From a virus: 64,000 bases of DNA. This document shows positions 25,642 to 35,038 of this stretch, in pieces. The stretch is from the IMG/VR virus record IMGVR_UViG_3300028829_004004, positions 1,352-65,351 of that record. One strand, written 5' to 3'. A program made the position numbers and the translations under genes. Under the pieces are notes generated by a model, which worked only from the letters and a program-made list of their open reading frames with translations, was not told where the DNA came from and did no database searches. How positions within the stretch are numbered: position 1 is the stretch's first letter; each line of letters starts with the position of its first letter.

Positions 25642-27003
25642 TTACGCACCAGAGCAGGGGTCAGGGCAAGCCCACCGGGGGTCTGCCGAATCGTTGATCA
25701 AGAAGGAGTAGCCCTCTCCCATACAAAGAGTCTGAGGCTCTATGGTGTAACAGCAGGTTTCCGGGTTGATCCCCGTTACGACTGCGATACATACACATCT
25801 GTCGTCGCCTGAACTTGAAGAAGAAGAACTACTTGAGTTTGAAGATTCCGAGGACTTGAAGGCGGATGAACTTGAGGAAGAGGAAGAACTCGAAGAAGTA
25901 GAACTTGAAGAAGTAGAGCTTGAGGAACTTGAGGAGGAACTAGACTCAAGAGCACCAGAAGAACTTGAGGAGGAACTAGACTCAAGAGCACCAGAAGAAC
26001 TGGAGGAGGAACTAGACTCAAGAGCACCAGAAGAGGAGTCGTCAAAAGTGTCGTCCTCCAATACCTCAACCTCTACCCGGCGAACACAGATGAGGCTGGC
26101 ACCCGAGCTAGAGGAACTGGAGGAGGAGAGTTGGTCATTGGGGTCACCTTCAAACTCAGGGGGTACTGAAGGGACAGGATCGTTATCTGGGTCCTCCACT
26201 AGGAACTCGATATAGAAGCTACCGCGGCTCGCTGCCTCAGTACACTTGAACTCAATGAACCGGTCAGTGGCGCGTTGTACTTCGATAGAACCTAGACCCA
26301 CGTCGGAGTCGTCAATGTTCCAAGAGTAGGAAGCCGACGTTGGATTCTTTGTCAACCAATCTACTGTACACTGCTTGGTGTCCCCCACTACCATGAAAGG
26401 TTCTACCGTGAAGTCCGTGATCTTAGTAGTTCCGGGGCAGTTCCCCTTCATGTTCTCTGTGACTAGGTTAGCTGTGTTAGTCACGGACACAACAGTGTCT
26501 CCGGGGGCACCACCTTGACCCAATGCGGCAGGAGCAGCCGCGGCTTCCGCGTTGAAAGTGTCTTGGTTCCTATTGGAGGAATTAAGGTGGTCCCTCCAAC
26601 TCTCGCGGATCTCAAGGCTGAATGCCCCTACCTCTGAAGAGACACTAGCACAGCCGCTATCATTGTTGGCGAATACCCGCCACTTCCACTTCATCCCTGA
26701 GTAGATGTGCTGGCCTAACGTCAGGTCGTATGTCTTTGTCTCTCCTGCCCCACTAAGTACCTTCTCACTGCGGACCATAGGTCCTCTGAAGTTAGTGTCG
26801 GGGCACCACTGCACAATGTAGAAGTCGGTGTTAGGCATCTCTTGCCACTCAAGAGTGACCCCCGACTCAATAACATCCTTGGCCTCGAACACCTTCTCGT
26901 TGTGAGGGTTCTTGAGGAAAGGAGGGGTAAGCGCACAAGCGGTGTACAGGTCTACTGGACCTGACCCCGCCTGTATAGAAATTGAATGTGCTTCTGTGGC
27001 CAT
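25642..27003 (-). CDS. FN3-like, poly-serine, Cys-rich putative tail protein
   Basis: VTLEW...FYIVQW...WRVFANN FN3-like segment, three 36-nt GALE-S8 repeats, Cys-rich C-terminus. Confidence 0.7.
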   Translation of the reverse strand: MATEAHSISIQAGSGPVDLYTACALTPPFLKNPHNEKVFEAKDVIESGVTLEWQEMPNTDFYIVQWCPDTNFRGPMVRSEKVLSGAGETKTYDLTLGQHIYSGMKWKWRVFANNDSGCASVSSEVGAFSLEIRESWRDHLNSSNRNQDTFNAEAAAAPAALGQGGAPGDTVVSVTNTANLVTENMKGNCPGTTKITDFTVEPFMVVGDTKQCTVDWLTKNPTSASYSWNIDDSDVGLGSIEVQRATDRFIEFKCTEAASRGSFYIEFLVEDPDNDPVPSVPPEFEGDPNDQLSSSSSSSSGASLICVRRVEVEVLEDDTFDDSSSGALESSSSSSSSGALESSSSSSSSGALESSSSSSSSSSTSSSSTSSSSSSSSSSSAFKSSESSNSSSSSSSSSGDDRCVCIAVVTGINPETCCYTIEPQTLCMGEGYSFLINDSADPRWACPDPCSGA

Positions 27004-27395
27004 TAGGTAGCGTACGAATTCACAGTGGTTACATGGAAGGACCCGCTGATGTCAAACAAGCCGCCCCCGTACACTAGCGGTGGGTCTATCTCAAGGAAGC
27101 GTACCTCGTAAGAGTCCCCCCAGTATCCGTTGAAGGAACGTTCGTTCGGGAGATCGTTAACATCATAGTCTGTGTAGTAGCCCAGCATCTGAACGTAGTC
27201 TGCTTTGCTCCCCCCTTTGATGTTCCAAGGGATGAGTATATCACCGTCCCGGATATCGGGGGCCGCATGAAGGACGGTCCCTGCCGCGGTCTGGATATTC
27301 TGGAACCGCTTCTTAGGAGCGGCAGGCTTGTAGCTGAACTGTTTTGGTAAAGCAATGATGCCTATGTATGCGTAAGTAATCCCAGTAGTGGCCAT
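27003..27395 (-). CDS. Distal tail protein-like
   Basis: Immediately downstream of tape measure; size and beta-rich composition. Confidence 0.5.
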   Translation of the reverse strand: MATTGITYAYIGIIALPKQFSYKPAAPKKRFQNIQTAAGTVLHAAPDIRDGDILIPWNIKGGSKADYVQMLGYYTDYDVNDLPNERSFNGYWGDSYEVRFLEIDPPLVYGGGLFDISGSFHVTTVNSYAT

Positions 27396-30300
27396 TATAC
27401 AATTGCTCCAAGGCTGGCGTTAAAGAACATGTTCTCCAACTTGCGAGTCAACTCGTCCTCGTCTATGGATGTGTTAATCGTGACTTCTAAAGTACGGTTG
27501 TCAGTGATCTCGGTTGCTCCCCCCGTCAGGGAAGAGGTGGCGTCATCAGAAGTCTTAGGTACACCAGAAGAGGGTAGGCCCTGAGCCATGTCGTCAAGGA
27601 AGGCGGGCCGTAGCTCAAAGTCAGGACCGAGGGTACGCCCCTTCATGTACTCCTGCCAGATCGCGTCTATCTCCTCTTTAGGGATAATATTACCCCCGGT
27701 CTTGTCCAAGATAAATGACTTAGCCCGGTCAATTGCCTCCCCCATCCGCTCCATGGCACCTTCCGGTATCTTATGAGCATCTGGGTTGGATAGTAGTGGA
27801 GCTAGAGGTGCGTACTTCGGTTCTTTGTGTGGGACGGGACGTAGTTCACGCTGTTTCTCGCTATCTGGTTTACCCATCCGAGCTTTGATGGTCCCATACT
27901 CTCTTTGGCCAAGGGGGTGGGCAATCATCCCTCCCTCAGAGAAGATTGCAGCCCTTTCTCTTCGCGTAGCTTCTTTCTTCTCAGCCGCCTTACGACGCAA
28001 CTCAGCTATCTTAGCAGCACGAGGGTCAAGGGTCCCGCGTGTCCGGGCTATCGCTGCCTCCATCACTGCTGCCCCGTGCTTGGCTCGGGCGGATGCGTTC
28101 CCTATCTTCTGCTTGATGTTTGCCCCTAGCTTACCGGGTCTACCCGTTCGGAAGCGGTTGCCTAACTTCAGACCATTCGATGCAAACTTTTGCACCTTCT
28201 CCGCTGTGTTGTTAGCAACCTCTCCTACCTTCTCCGCTACCCCTCCTACCTTCTCCGCTGCCCTCTTCGCTGCCTTCTTTGCGTTCTCCACAACTGTGAT
28301 CGAGGGGTCGTCCGCAAGGAGGTCTAACCCTGAATCCTCAAACTCAGGCCCTTCACCTATCCAAGGGGGTACACTTACCTGCCATGGGTCTGGTCGTAGT
28401 CCGTCGATGATCGGAGTGCTTTCTGAGGCTTCCCCCTCTGCTGCCGCTGCTGGGGCCGGTTCGCCCGCTGCTGCTGGGGCCGGTTCGCCCGCTGCTGCTG
28501 CTGCTGCTGCTGCTGCCGCCTGCCCCCCCTCCTTCTCACCTTTCTCCGCTCCCCCCGCTAACTTCGCTAACTTCTCCGAACTGTCCGAGAGCATCTGTTG
28601 CACCCGAAGGAGGAGACCTAAAAATCCGGACTGCTCTTTGACTGCCTTAGGCTGCGCCTTAGTCTGCTCCTTATCCTCGTTGATGAGCAACTGAAGGTAG
28701 CTTTCAAGTATCCTCTTCTCCCCGGAAGCAGTAGCATTCTTGATCTCCTCCCGGACTGACGCAATCTCTTTGGCGTTACTATCAAGGAGAGACCCTATGG
28801 CCCCCTCTGTGTGGATATCGTGGGTGTACGCGCTACCACGAGTGTTGAGCGCCTTTGCCGCATCCGACACCTCGTCAGCGTCGGGGAGATCATCTGATCC
28901 TACTGCGGGAACCTGCGCGCCTAGCCCCGGTAGTTGGGCTGGGCCTGCTTGTTGTGCTCCAAAGAAGTTGTCTGCCGCTCTAGCCACCTCCAAGATGTCA
29001 CGGATAAACGCCGCCCTAGCTCCCTCATCGAAGATTGAGTAGCCCTTAATTGCGTTAACCACCCCCTCAATGAACTTCACCCCCATTGACTTGGCAAAGT
29101 CCCCGAGCGTACCATGTATGCTATCCATAGCGTCGGCAATAGCTTGGGTGACTTGGTTGGAGAACTCCTGAAGAGGATCATCCGCCTCGAGGATGGTGAC
29201 GAAAGCCGCCACACCATTATGAAAGCTGTCAATAACCCCCTTTAGAGTGGGGATCATCTTCTTCACTGAGGCAGTGAAGGAATCGAAGATGATCGCCCCT
29301 GACTCCGCAAGGTTCGCCATGAATGGGAATAGCATCTTAGCAAAGAATGCGCCTAGTACCCTAAAGGCGTTGTACACTCTCTCTACCCATGACGAGCCTA
29401 ACTCGTCGCTGATCCCAAGAGCTTTACGCAACTCAGCACTTCCGTCCACTGCGGCTTTCCACGCTGTATTCATTGCAGCAAGGAAGCGGTTTAGGGAGTC
29501 ACGAACTACACCAAAGTTCTCTGTGATCCCTTTAGTCAACCCGAGGAGGACCGTGGGGATAAGGGTCTTCAAGACAATGACTGCCTTCACCACGAACTTA
29601 GTGAGAGTCCCGAGTTCTCGCATAATAAACTTGATCGACTTACCTAAAGTGCGTAAGAGGGTTTTGGACTTGCCCTTCCCTTCCTTAAAGATAGATGAGA
29701 ATACAGAAGATACCGCTTCCCCAAATCCCTTGAACTCCACTATAGCTACGTCGAGCAAGCTAGAGATGAAGGAGATTAGAGGGGGGACAACACGGTGAAC
29801 CAGTGAGCGGGATTGCGCAAATAGCACTACCATAACTCCATGGACTGCCGAGAGGTTATCTGCAATTGAAGCCAAAGCGGCACTGAACCCACTTGTCTTT
29901 ACGTTGTTCATCATAGTAAAGGCAGCGACAAGTTCGTCAATAACCAACGCAACTAAGCGGTCACTCTCCTTGACGAAGCTCATAATGATATCCTTCAAAG
30001 CAACGAAGGAGCGGGTCACCGATTCGATGACATCCATCTTGTTTAGAGCCGCTTTAACTTGATCAAACTTCCGTACCAAATTAGAGATGGTAGAGGCAAG
30101 TAGCATTACCCCGAAGACAAGCGCAGCTACCACAGGGAGGGTGGTAGCGGTGAGAGCTAAACCGATAGACTCGATAACTCCTGCGAAGGCTAAGACCACA
30201 CCAGACAGGACCATGACCGATATACCAAATGCCAGCAGCCCTACTGAGAGAGTACCAAAAATCAACCCAAGGACCTGTGCCGCTTGCTTACTAGATTTTA

Positions 30301-31762
30301 GGAACACCAGTACGCGATCCGCTTGTTCTAGCGCCCACTCGATCAACTCTCGGAGAGGTTCCTTCACTGATTGGAAAACTTCATTAGAGATACTGGCGAT
30401 CTTAGAAGATAACCGCAACAGCGCACCAATTACGTTGTCCTCAATCTGATCTGCCATTGAGGCACCAAGGTTCCCCTCTTGCGCTTCCTTTACCCCTGAG
30501 GTTAACTGCTTTAACTTCTCAAGGTTCTTCAGCAGGGACAAAGCCGCCGGACCACCACGTTGACCAAAGAGTTGGTACATGGAGGCGACGTTAGTCATGT
30601 CGTCTTCCAACTCGTCAAGGCTGGCTCCCGCCTCCAAAGCAAGCTCACGGAAAAGAGCAACAGCTTCGTCAGGGGAGATGTCCTCGGTGACGTTAGAGAC
30701 CGTGGTCATAATCGCGTCGGCATCAATGCCTCTACGACGGAGTGCCGCCATAGACTTAGTGGCTCCAAAGCCTGCTTCTTGAATCTTCTCAAGTATCTGG
30801 ATTAGTGATACCTTGCTCGGATCAATATCGTCAAAGTCCAATCCAAGAGTAGTTAGCCCCTTTGCCACAGATGAGTTAGAACGGTCGGACAGGCGGGTGA
30901 ACACACGCGCAAGACCGGTACCAGCACGGGAACCGCGGATTGCTTGGTCAGCCATCACACCAATGGCGGCAGTGATCATCCCCAAGTCTTGCTCAAGGAG
31001 ACTCGCTTGGCCACCTACGAAACTCAAAGCGGTCCCGATCTCGGGGATAGTACCACTAGAGTTCTGGGCTACTTTGCCGATACCGTCTACGACATCCATG
31101 ATAGCCGCAGCGTTCTCTTCAGTGGTCTTGGTGCCATCGCTGCCAAGTTTGAAAGTCTTCGCGATCATACCAAGGGTAGACGCTGCCTCGGCTGGGTCGA
31201 GGTCGCCAATAGAGGCTAGGGTTAAGGAGGCGCGGGTAGTCGAGGCTATACGCGCATAATCCTTTATCGCATCTCCTGCTGCGTTAAGGCGCCCTGTCTC
31301 GGCAAGGCCCTTCACCGTGATCTGCTCCATCGCTTTCGCTACTTGGACTGCGTTAAAGCGCGTCTCCTCAGCGAACTTGATGGAGCTTTGGGTGAGCATG
31401 TCAAATTCTTTACTGGTCTCGCTAAGAACAGCCTTAGCACCGACCATGTCCATGGCACGCTCAAACTCAGCGCCCACTTTCATCATCTTCACAAACCCCT
31501 TGGTCATCGCAGCACCAGCGAACGTTGCGTTCAAGCCGGTGGTACGGAGGTTTCTTCCCACTTGGTTGACGTTGTTACCAAGTGCGCGCAGCGATTTGCT
31601 TGCCATTGCCGCGGTGGAGGCAATGGCTTTTACAGAAGCTACGGAGCTAACAGTAGCAGTTTTTGCTACATTCTTAGTTAAGCGAGCCAAGCCGCCTATC
31701 TGTGTGACGGCTTGACTTGTATTCGCTATAACTTTTAAGGTAGCTGAACCTAGGCCTGCCAT
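27395..31762 (-). CDS. Tail tape measure protein (TP901-like core)
   Basis: 1455 aa, Ala/Leu-rich helical; FERAMDMVGAK...TRFNAVQVAKAME, AGTGLARVFTRL motifs; follows chaperone pair. Confidence 0.92.
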   Translation of the reverse strand: MAGLGSATLKVIANTSQAVTQIGGLARLTKNVAKTATVSSVASVKAIASTAAMASKSLRALGNNVNQVGRNLRTTGLNATFAGAAMTKGFVKMMKVGAEFERAMDMVGAKAVLSETSKEFDMLTQSSIKFAEETRFNAVQVAKAMEQITVKGLAETGRLNAAGDAIKDYARIASTTRASLTLASIGDLDPAEAASTLGMIAKTFKLGSDGTKTTEENAAAIMDVVDGIGKVAQNSSGTIPEIGTALSFVGGQASLLEQDLGMITAAIGVMADQAIRGSRAGTGLARVFTRLSDRSNSSVAKGLTTLGLDFDDIDPSKVSLIQILEKIQEAGFGATKSMAALRRRGIDADAIMTTVSNVTEDISPDEAVALFRELALEAGASLDELEDDMTNVASMYQLFGQRGGPAALSLLKNLEKLKQLTSGVKEAQEGNLGASMADQIEDNVIGALLRLSSKIASISNEVFQSVKEPLRELIEWALEQADRVLVFLKSSKQAAQVLGLIFGTLSVGLLAFGISVMVLSGVVLAFAGVIESIGLALTATTLPVVAALVFGVMLLASTISNLVRKFDQVKAALNKMDVIESVTRSFVALKDIIMSFVKESDRLVALVIDELVAAFTMMNNVKTSGFSAALASIADNLSAVHGVMVVLFAQSRSLVHRVVPPLISFISSLLDVAIVEFKGFGEAVSSVFSSIFKEGKGKSKTLLRTLGKSIKFIMRELGTLTKFVVKAVIVLKTLIPTVLLGLTKGITENFGVVRDSLNRFLAAMNTAWKAAVDGSAELRKALGISDELGSSWVERVYNAFRVLGAFFAKMLFPFMANLAESGAIIFDSFTASVKKMIPTLKGVIDSFHNGVAAFVTILEADDPLQEFSNQVTQAIADAMDSIHGTLGDFAKSMGVKFIEGVVNAIKGYSIFDEGARAAFIRDILEVARAADNFFGAQQAGPAQLPGLGAQVPAVGSDDLPDADEVSDAAKALNTRGSAYTHDIHTEGAIGSLLDSNAKEIASVREEIKNATASGEKRILESYLQLLINEDKEQTKAQPKAVKEQSGFLGLLLRVQQMLSDSSEKLAKLAGGAEKGEKEGGQAAAAAAAAAAGEPAPAAAGEPAPAAAAEGEASESTPIIDGLRPDPWQVSVPPWIGEGPEFEDSGLDLLADDPSITVVENAKKAAKRAAEKVGGVAEKVGEVANNTAEKVQKFASNGLKLGNRFRTGRPGKLGANIKQKIGNASARAKHGAAVMEAAIARTRGTLDPRAAKIAELRRKAAEKKEATRRERAAIFSEGGMIAHPLGQREYGTIKARMGKPDSEKQRELRPVPHKEPKYAPLAPLLSNPDAHKIPEGAMERMGEAIDRAKSFILDKTGGNIIPKEEIDAIWQEYMKGRTLGPDFELRPAFLDDMAQGLPSSGVPKTSDDATSSLTGGATEITDNRTLEVTINTSIDEDELTRKLENMFFNASLGAIV

Positions 31763-32050
31763 TTATTGTCCCTCGGAGTTTTGGTAACCTAATCCAAGTT
31801 TCATTATATCCCCAGACTCTGCCGTCTGTAGATTATCCTTTGCTTTTGACTTACCCGGTTTCTTGCGAAAAGAACGCATAGCTTTGTCAAAAGCTGGCTT
31901 ATCTGCGTTGACAGCAAGCCTTATCAAGGTGGCTACTTCTACCCGTTTATCCGATTGCCTGTCCAGAACATACTCATACAGAGACTTTAACTGGCGGATA
32001 GTCAGTCTCTTGAGGGAGGCTAGAGTGTACCCCGGACAGTTCTCAATCAA
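31763..32050 (-). CDS. Tail assembly chaperone, frameshift extension (gpGT-like)
   Basis: In the -1 frame relative to 32074-32490 and open from the slippery site. Confidence 0.75.
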   Translation of the reverse strand: MIENCPGYTLASLKRLTIRQLKSLYEYVLDRQSDKRVEVATLIRLAVNADKPAFDKAMRSFRKKPGKSKAKDNLQTAESGDIMKLGLGYQNSEGQ

Positions 32051-32073
32051 GAACCAGAAGACGTGGTCTATAC

Positions 32074-32490
32074 TTAGGTTGGGCTTCCCTCGCTTTCTTC
32101 TTCGCCTTCTTTTGCCGGAGGACCGAGTACCTCCTCTTTGAGTTCCAAAAAAAGTTCAGTCATCTCCTTGATAGGATTGACTCGGATGAATGCCTTCGCC
32201 AGCTTCATGGTGTCACGGATGCCAAGGCCAGCCACATCTTTCTGGCTCTTACTGCCTGAACGGGCGATCATGTTGGTGATACATTGAGTGAGTTGCTTGC
32301 TCTTGACCGCAGTCATAAAGATCTTGAACCCATCCCCGGAACTGAGTACCTCCTTATCCAAGCCTTCATACAACTTGAAGAGGTCTGAGATGATGAATTG
32401 CACATCTTCAATCACGAGTTCACGCATAGTTACATCACCAATCGAAGTGGCGATAGTCTCATTGCGTTCAAGAATAGTTTGGTCTTCCAT
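32074..32490 (-). CDS. Tail assembly chaperone (gpG-like)
   Basis: Between tail tube and tape measure genes; contains T TTT TTG slippery heptamer. Confidence 0.8.
   Translation of the reverse strand: MEDQTILERNETIATSIGDVTMRELVIEDVQFIISDLFKLYEGLDKEVLSSGDGFKIFMTAVKSKQLTQCITNMIARSGSKSQKDVAGLGIRDTMKLAKAFIRVNPIKEMTELFLELKEEVLGPPAKEGEEESEGSPT
32146..32152 (-). other. Programmed -1 ribosomal frameshift site T TTT TTG
   Basis: CTT TTT TTG in frame 0; the -1 frame runs without a stop into the 31763-32050 ORF. Confidence 0.75.
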
Positions 32491-32500
32491 TTTGTGTTCC

Positions 32501-32785
32501 TTACCTGTCGCTCTTTAGTGCTCGAAAAAGAATGGTTCTGATGTCGTTGAGGTTTTGGGCGTAAGCCTTGGGTTCGACAACTGTCGCTCGGTTGAAGTAA
32601 GTCTTACGGAGAACGCTAACGTCCTCGGGGGTCTTCCCGGAGAAATGGAAATAGATAGAGACTCCTTTCCCGCTCTGCTTATCCCGCCTCTCGGCTTCCT
32701 CGAAGGTAAGCCCGTCTTGGCACATGAGGAAAGCGGCTTCCTCGATATCCTTTGTGCAGAAGGTCTGCGTGCTATCTGTACTCAT
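32501..32785 (-). CDS. Small hypothetical protein (DUF5659-like, possible DNA-binding)
   Basis: Probable ATG 32785; TKDIEEAAFL... pattern; family name from recall. Confidence 0.45.
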   Translation of the reverse strand: MSTDSTQTFCTKDIEEAAFLMCQDGLTFEEAERRDKQSGKGVSIYFHFSGKTPEDVSVLRKTYFNRATVVEPKAYAQNLNDIRTILFRALKSDR

Positions 32786-32801
32786 AGTCTTTATCCTATA
32801 A

Positions 32802-32831
32802 AGGGGGCACCCCCAGATTGAGGTGCCCCCT
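32802..32831 (-). terminator. GC-rich hairpin after tail tube gene
   Basis: AGGGGGCACC / GGTGCCCCCT 10-bp stem; weak U tract. Confidence 0.5.
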
Positions 32832-32841
32832 GAGATTTTAC

Positions 32842-33306
32842 TTATGGACCAACGTCGGCAACGGTGCCGAACGAACCAGTCGCACAATTCTTGAGGACTT
32901 CAAACTCCACTTCAACTGCGGACTCCTCGTCACGGCTGAAGTTCAGCTCACCATCTGCTGTCGAGATAGCAGAGGGGAAGGTGAAAGTTCGGGTGGTAGA
33001 AGCAGGTCCGGGACCTACGACAATCAATGCCTTGGAATTCTCGTCATCGTCACCAATGATGGTGCCGACAACTGTCATGTCCCAAGCGTGTTGCAGGTTA
33101 GCAATTGTGGGTTCGAGAAGAGTGGTAGCAACAAACATCTGTTCGTTGTTCTTCGCCTTCTTAACCAGCCCAATAAACTGATCTGCCTGAACATCCGTGT
33201 ACTCGCGAGTGGTGCGGACTCGGATACCATCTTTAGTAAATCCGACATCGCTACCACCCACCGAAAGGGTAGCTGCTCCGACGACAACATTCGTACAAGT
33301 TCCCAT
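32842..33306 (-). CDS. Major tail (tube) protein
   Basis: VVVGAATLSVGGSDVGFTKDG...LLEPTIANL pattern; position upstream of chaperones. Confidence 0.75.
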   Translation of the reverse strand: MGTCTNVVVGAATLSVGGSDVGFTKDGIRVRTTREYTDVQADQFIGLVKKAKNNEQMFVATTLLEPTIANLQHAWDMTVVGTIIGDDDENSKALIVVGPGPASTTRTFTFPSAISTADGELNFSRDEESAVEVEFEVLKNCATGSFGTVADVGP

Positions 33307-33354
33307 CTTAACCTCCGGGGGTTTTTAAGTTTGCAAACGTTTGCAAGATTCAGG

Positions 33355-33795
33355 TCAACAGTATGACCATCTTACTTTTACTGAGTAGACGCAATGCCAG
33401 ACATTCCTTTCATCCATATGTTTCCCACCTACCACATCTATTATAGATGTGGATTGGACATATATATCACCATTTGAGAAATTCCAGTAACTAAATGAGT
33501 TAGGGGACTGGTCAAACTGGCTCTCAAACTCAGTCGCAATGTCCGACATTATCTCTAATGTGGGGGCGATTATGTTGAATTCCACCACCCACTCACGTAA
33601 CTCTATGGAGTCAGAACCAAGTAGGTAAGGGGCGCCCGGTGCCTCCTCGTAATACACACCTCGATCATAGTCGGATGTCTGGAAGCTGGCACGGGTTATC
33701 GTGGGCTTGAATGGGGAAACGGTGTACCCACATAGTGAAACTAGATTGGCATTAGCAACAAGACTCTGATGCAATGCTCGCCAGAACTTTTTCAT
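33355..33795 (-). CDS. Tail terminator-like protein
   Basis: Synteny and size. Confidence 0.55.
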   Translation of the reverse strand: MKKFWRALHQSLVANANLVSLCGYTVSPFKPTITRASFQTSDYDRGVYYEEAPGAPYLLGSDSIELREWVVEFNIIAPTLEIMSDIATEFESQFDQSPNSFSYWNFSNGDIYVQSTSIIDVVGGKHMDERNVWHCVYSVKVRWSYC

Positions 33796-34307
33796 TTCCC
33801 TCCTCTCCTCGTTATCTGCCGAAGCAAGCAGAACATGAACTCTCTGACCATCTCGTCCCTTTGTGATACTACCGCGGGGAGAACAAACGGATAACTTTTT
33901 GTACCCTGTTTCTCAATAGTTCGGATCACTGCTTTTGTGAAAGCGTAAGGATCTGCCGCCCCTACTTTCTCGACTACCCACTGGTAAATAGGCTGGAAGG
34001 GGGGAGTGTGAGGGCGCCCTCCCTCCTCGATAGCCGCGGCATACTTCAAACCAAAAGAGCCTAGCGTAACCGATGGGCGCTGTCTTGAGAACACCCCTCC
34101 ACCTGTAGTCCCTTTCTTAGTTGCGATGCTCCTAATCAAAGCCCCCCGCCACATCGTACGGTTCCGTCTGATGTTCTTGAGTATCTCAGGCTGCATCGTC
34201 TTCTTAACGGATTCATGTAGACAGTTGACCACCGTGTTGTCCTTAAAGAGAGAGGCTAGTAGGGTAGCCTTCAGGTTCAACTCTGACATGTCAATCTTAA
34301 TCTGCAT
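33792..34307 (-). CDS. HK97 gp10-like neck/tail-completion protein
   Basis: GALIRSI...YAAAIEEGGRPH...PFVLPA motif. Confidence 0.7.
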   Translation of the reverse strand: MQIKIDMSELNLKATLLASLFKDNTVVNCLHESVKKTMQPEILKNIRRNRTMWRGALIRSIATKKGTTGGGVFSRQRPSVTLGSFGLKYAAAIEEGGRPHTPPFQPIYQWVVEKVGAADPYAFTKAVIRTIEKQGTKSYPFVLPAVVSQRDEMVREFMFCLLRQITRRGGK

Positions 34308-34311
34308 GGCT

Positions 34312-34674
34312 TTAAGCTCGGTCCTGTCTTACAACGAGAGAAACGTGGTGCTGGTTACCTAGTTCATCAATCTGGGCTTTTGCTTTGAGGACCCGGTACC
34401 GGATGTTAGTGGTGTTGTCTTCAATCTGAAAGGTGGAGGTATGCTCCAGCAACCTGTCTTGAATGAGGTCAACGTGTGCAACTACTTTCCAGATATTATC
34501 CGCCCCTCTACCTTGATCAAAGTCTTCCTGCATACCGTTGAGGGTAGTGAAGCGTGCTGAGACCGCGGAGGCAACGGTAGTCTCCGTAGTCCCTACGGTC
34601 CCATACCCGGAGTCTGCCGCGGTTATTTCGATGAGGTCAATACTGGAGATAAGCCCCGAAGTGAGTACGCTCAT
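34312..34674 (-). CDS. Head closure / stopper-like protein
   Basis: Synteny and size. Confidence 0.55.
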   Translation of the reverse strand: MSVLTSGLISSIDLIEITAADSGYGTVGTTETTVASAVSARFTTLNGMQEDFDQGRGADNIWKVVAHVDLIQDRLLEHTSTFQIEDNTTNIRYRVLKAKAQIDELGNQHHVSLVVRQDRA

Positions 34675-34684
34675 GTGGTTCCCC

Positions 34685-35038
34685 TTACTTGACTAATGAA
34701 TCTTGAAGGAGTTTTTCAAGTTTGTCCAACCTACGGTTATAGTCTGCTTCAATCTTTTCTGAGGAGGATTCAATCTTACTCCCCATGTTAGTTGTAGCTG
34801 TGTCTAACTTTAACCCTAGTCGATCAATTGCCATTAAGAGTTTGTCTTGATCATGTTGGTAGTCCGACCGAAGCACATAGGTGGTGGGGATCTCGTCTAC
34901 CTTATCTGCAAGGTGGGTAACGTCATCCACAATCATCTTACCGACAAACCCTATAGCAGCAAAAGCCACTGCGAATACCGAGTGGAGGAGCCAATTAAGT
35001 GTCTGTTTGTCCATGCTAAGTCCTTTACTTTTTGTCAC
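34685..35038 (-). CDS. Membrane-anchored coiled-coil protein
   Basis: Single N-terminal hydrophobic helix followed by coiled-coil. Confidence 0.55.
   Translation of the reverse strand: MTKSKGLSMDKQTLNWLLHSVFAVAFAAIGFVGKMIVDDVTHLADKVDEIPTTYVLRSDYQHDQDKLLMAIDRLGLKLDTATTNMGSKIESSSEKIEADYNRRLDKLEKLLQDSLVK

Noticed and set aside
22842-26130. Tandem repeats as a CRISPR array
   Set aside because: Units are contiguous coding repeats with periods in multiples of 3 and no unique spacers; no cas1/cas2
25766-26215. Poly-Glu ORF on the + strand
   Set aside because: It is the antisense shadow of the poly-Ser codons (TCT/TCC/AGT), with no RBS or operon context
27786-31715. Long + strand ORFs within the tape measure gene
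   Set aside because: Antisense shadows of an Ala-rich, biased-codon gene
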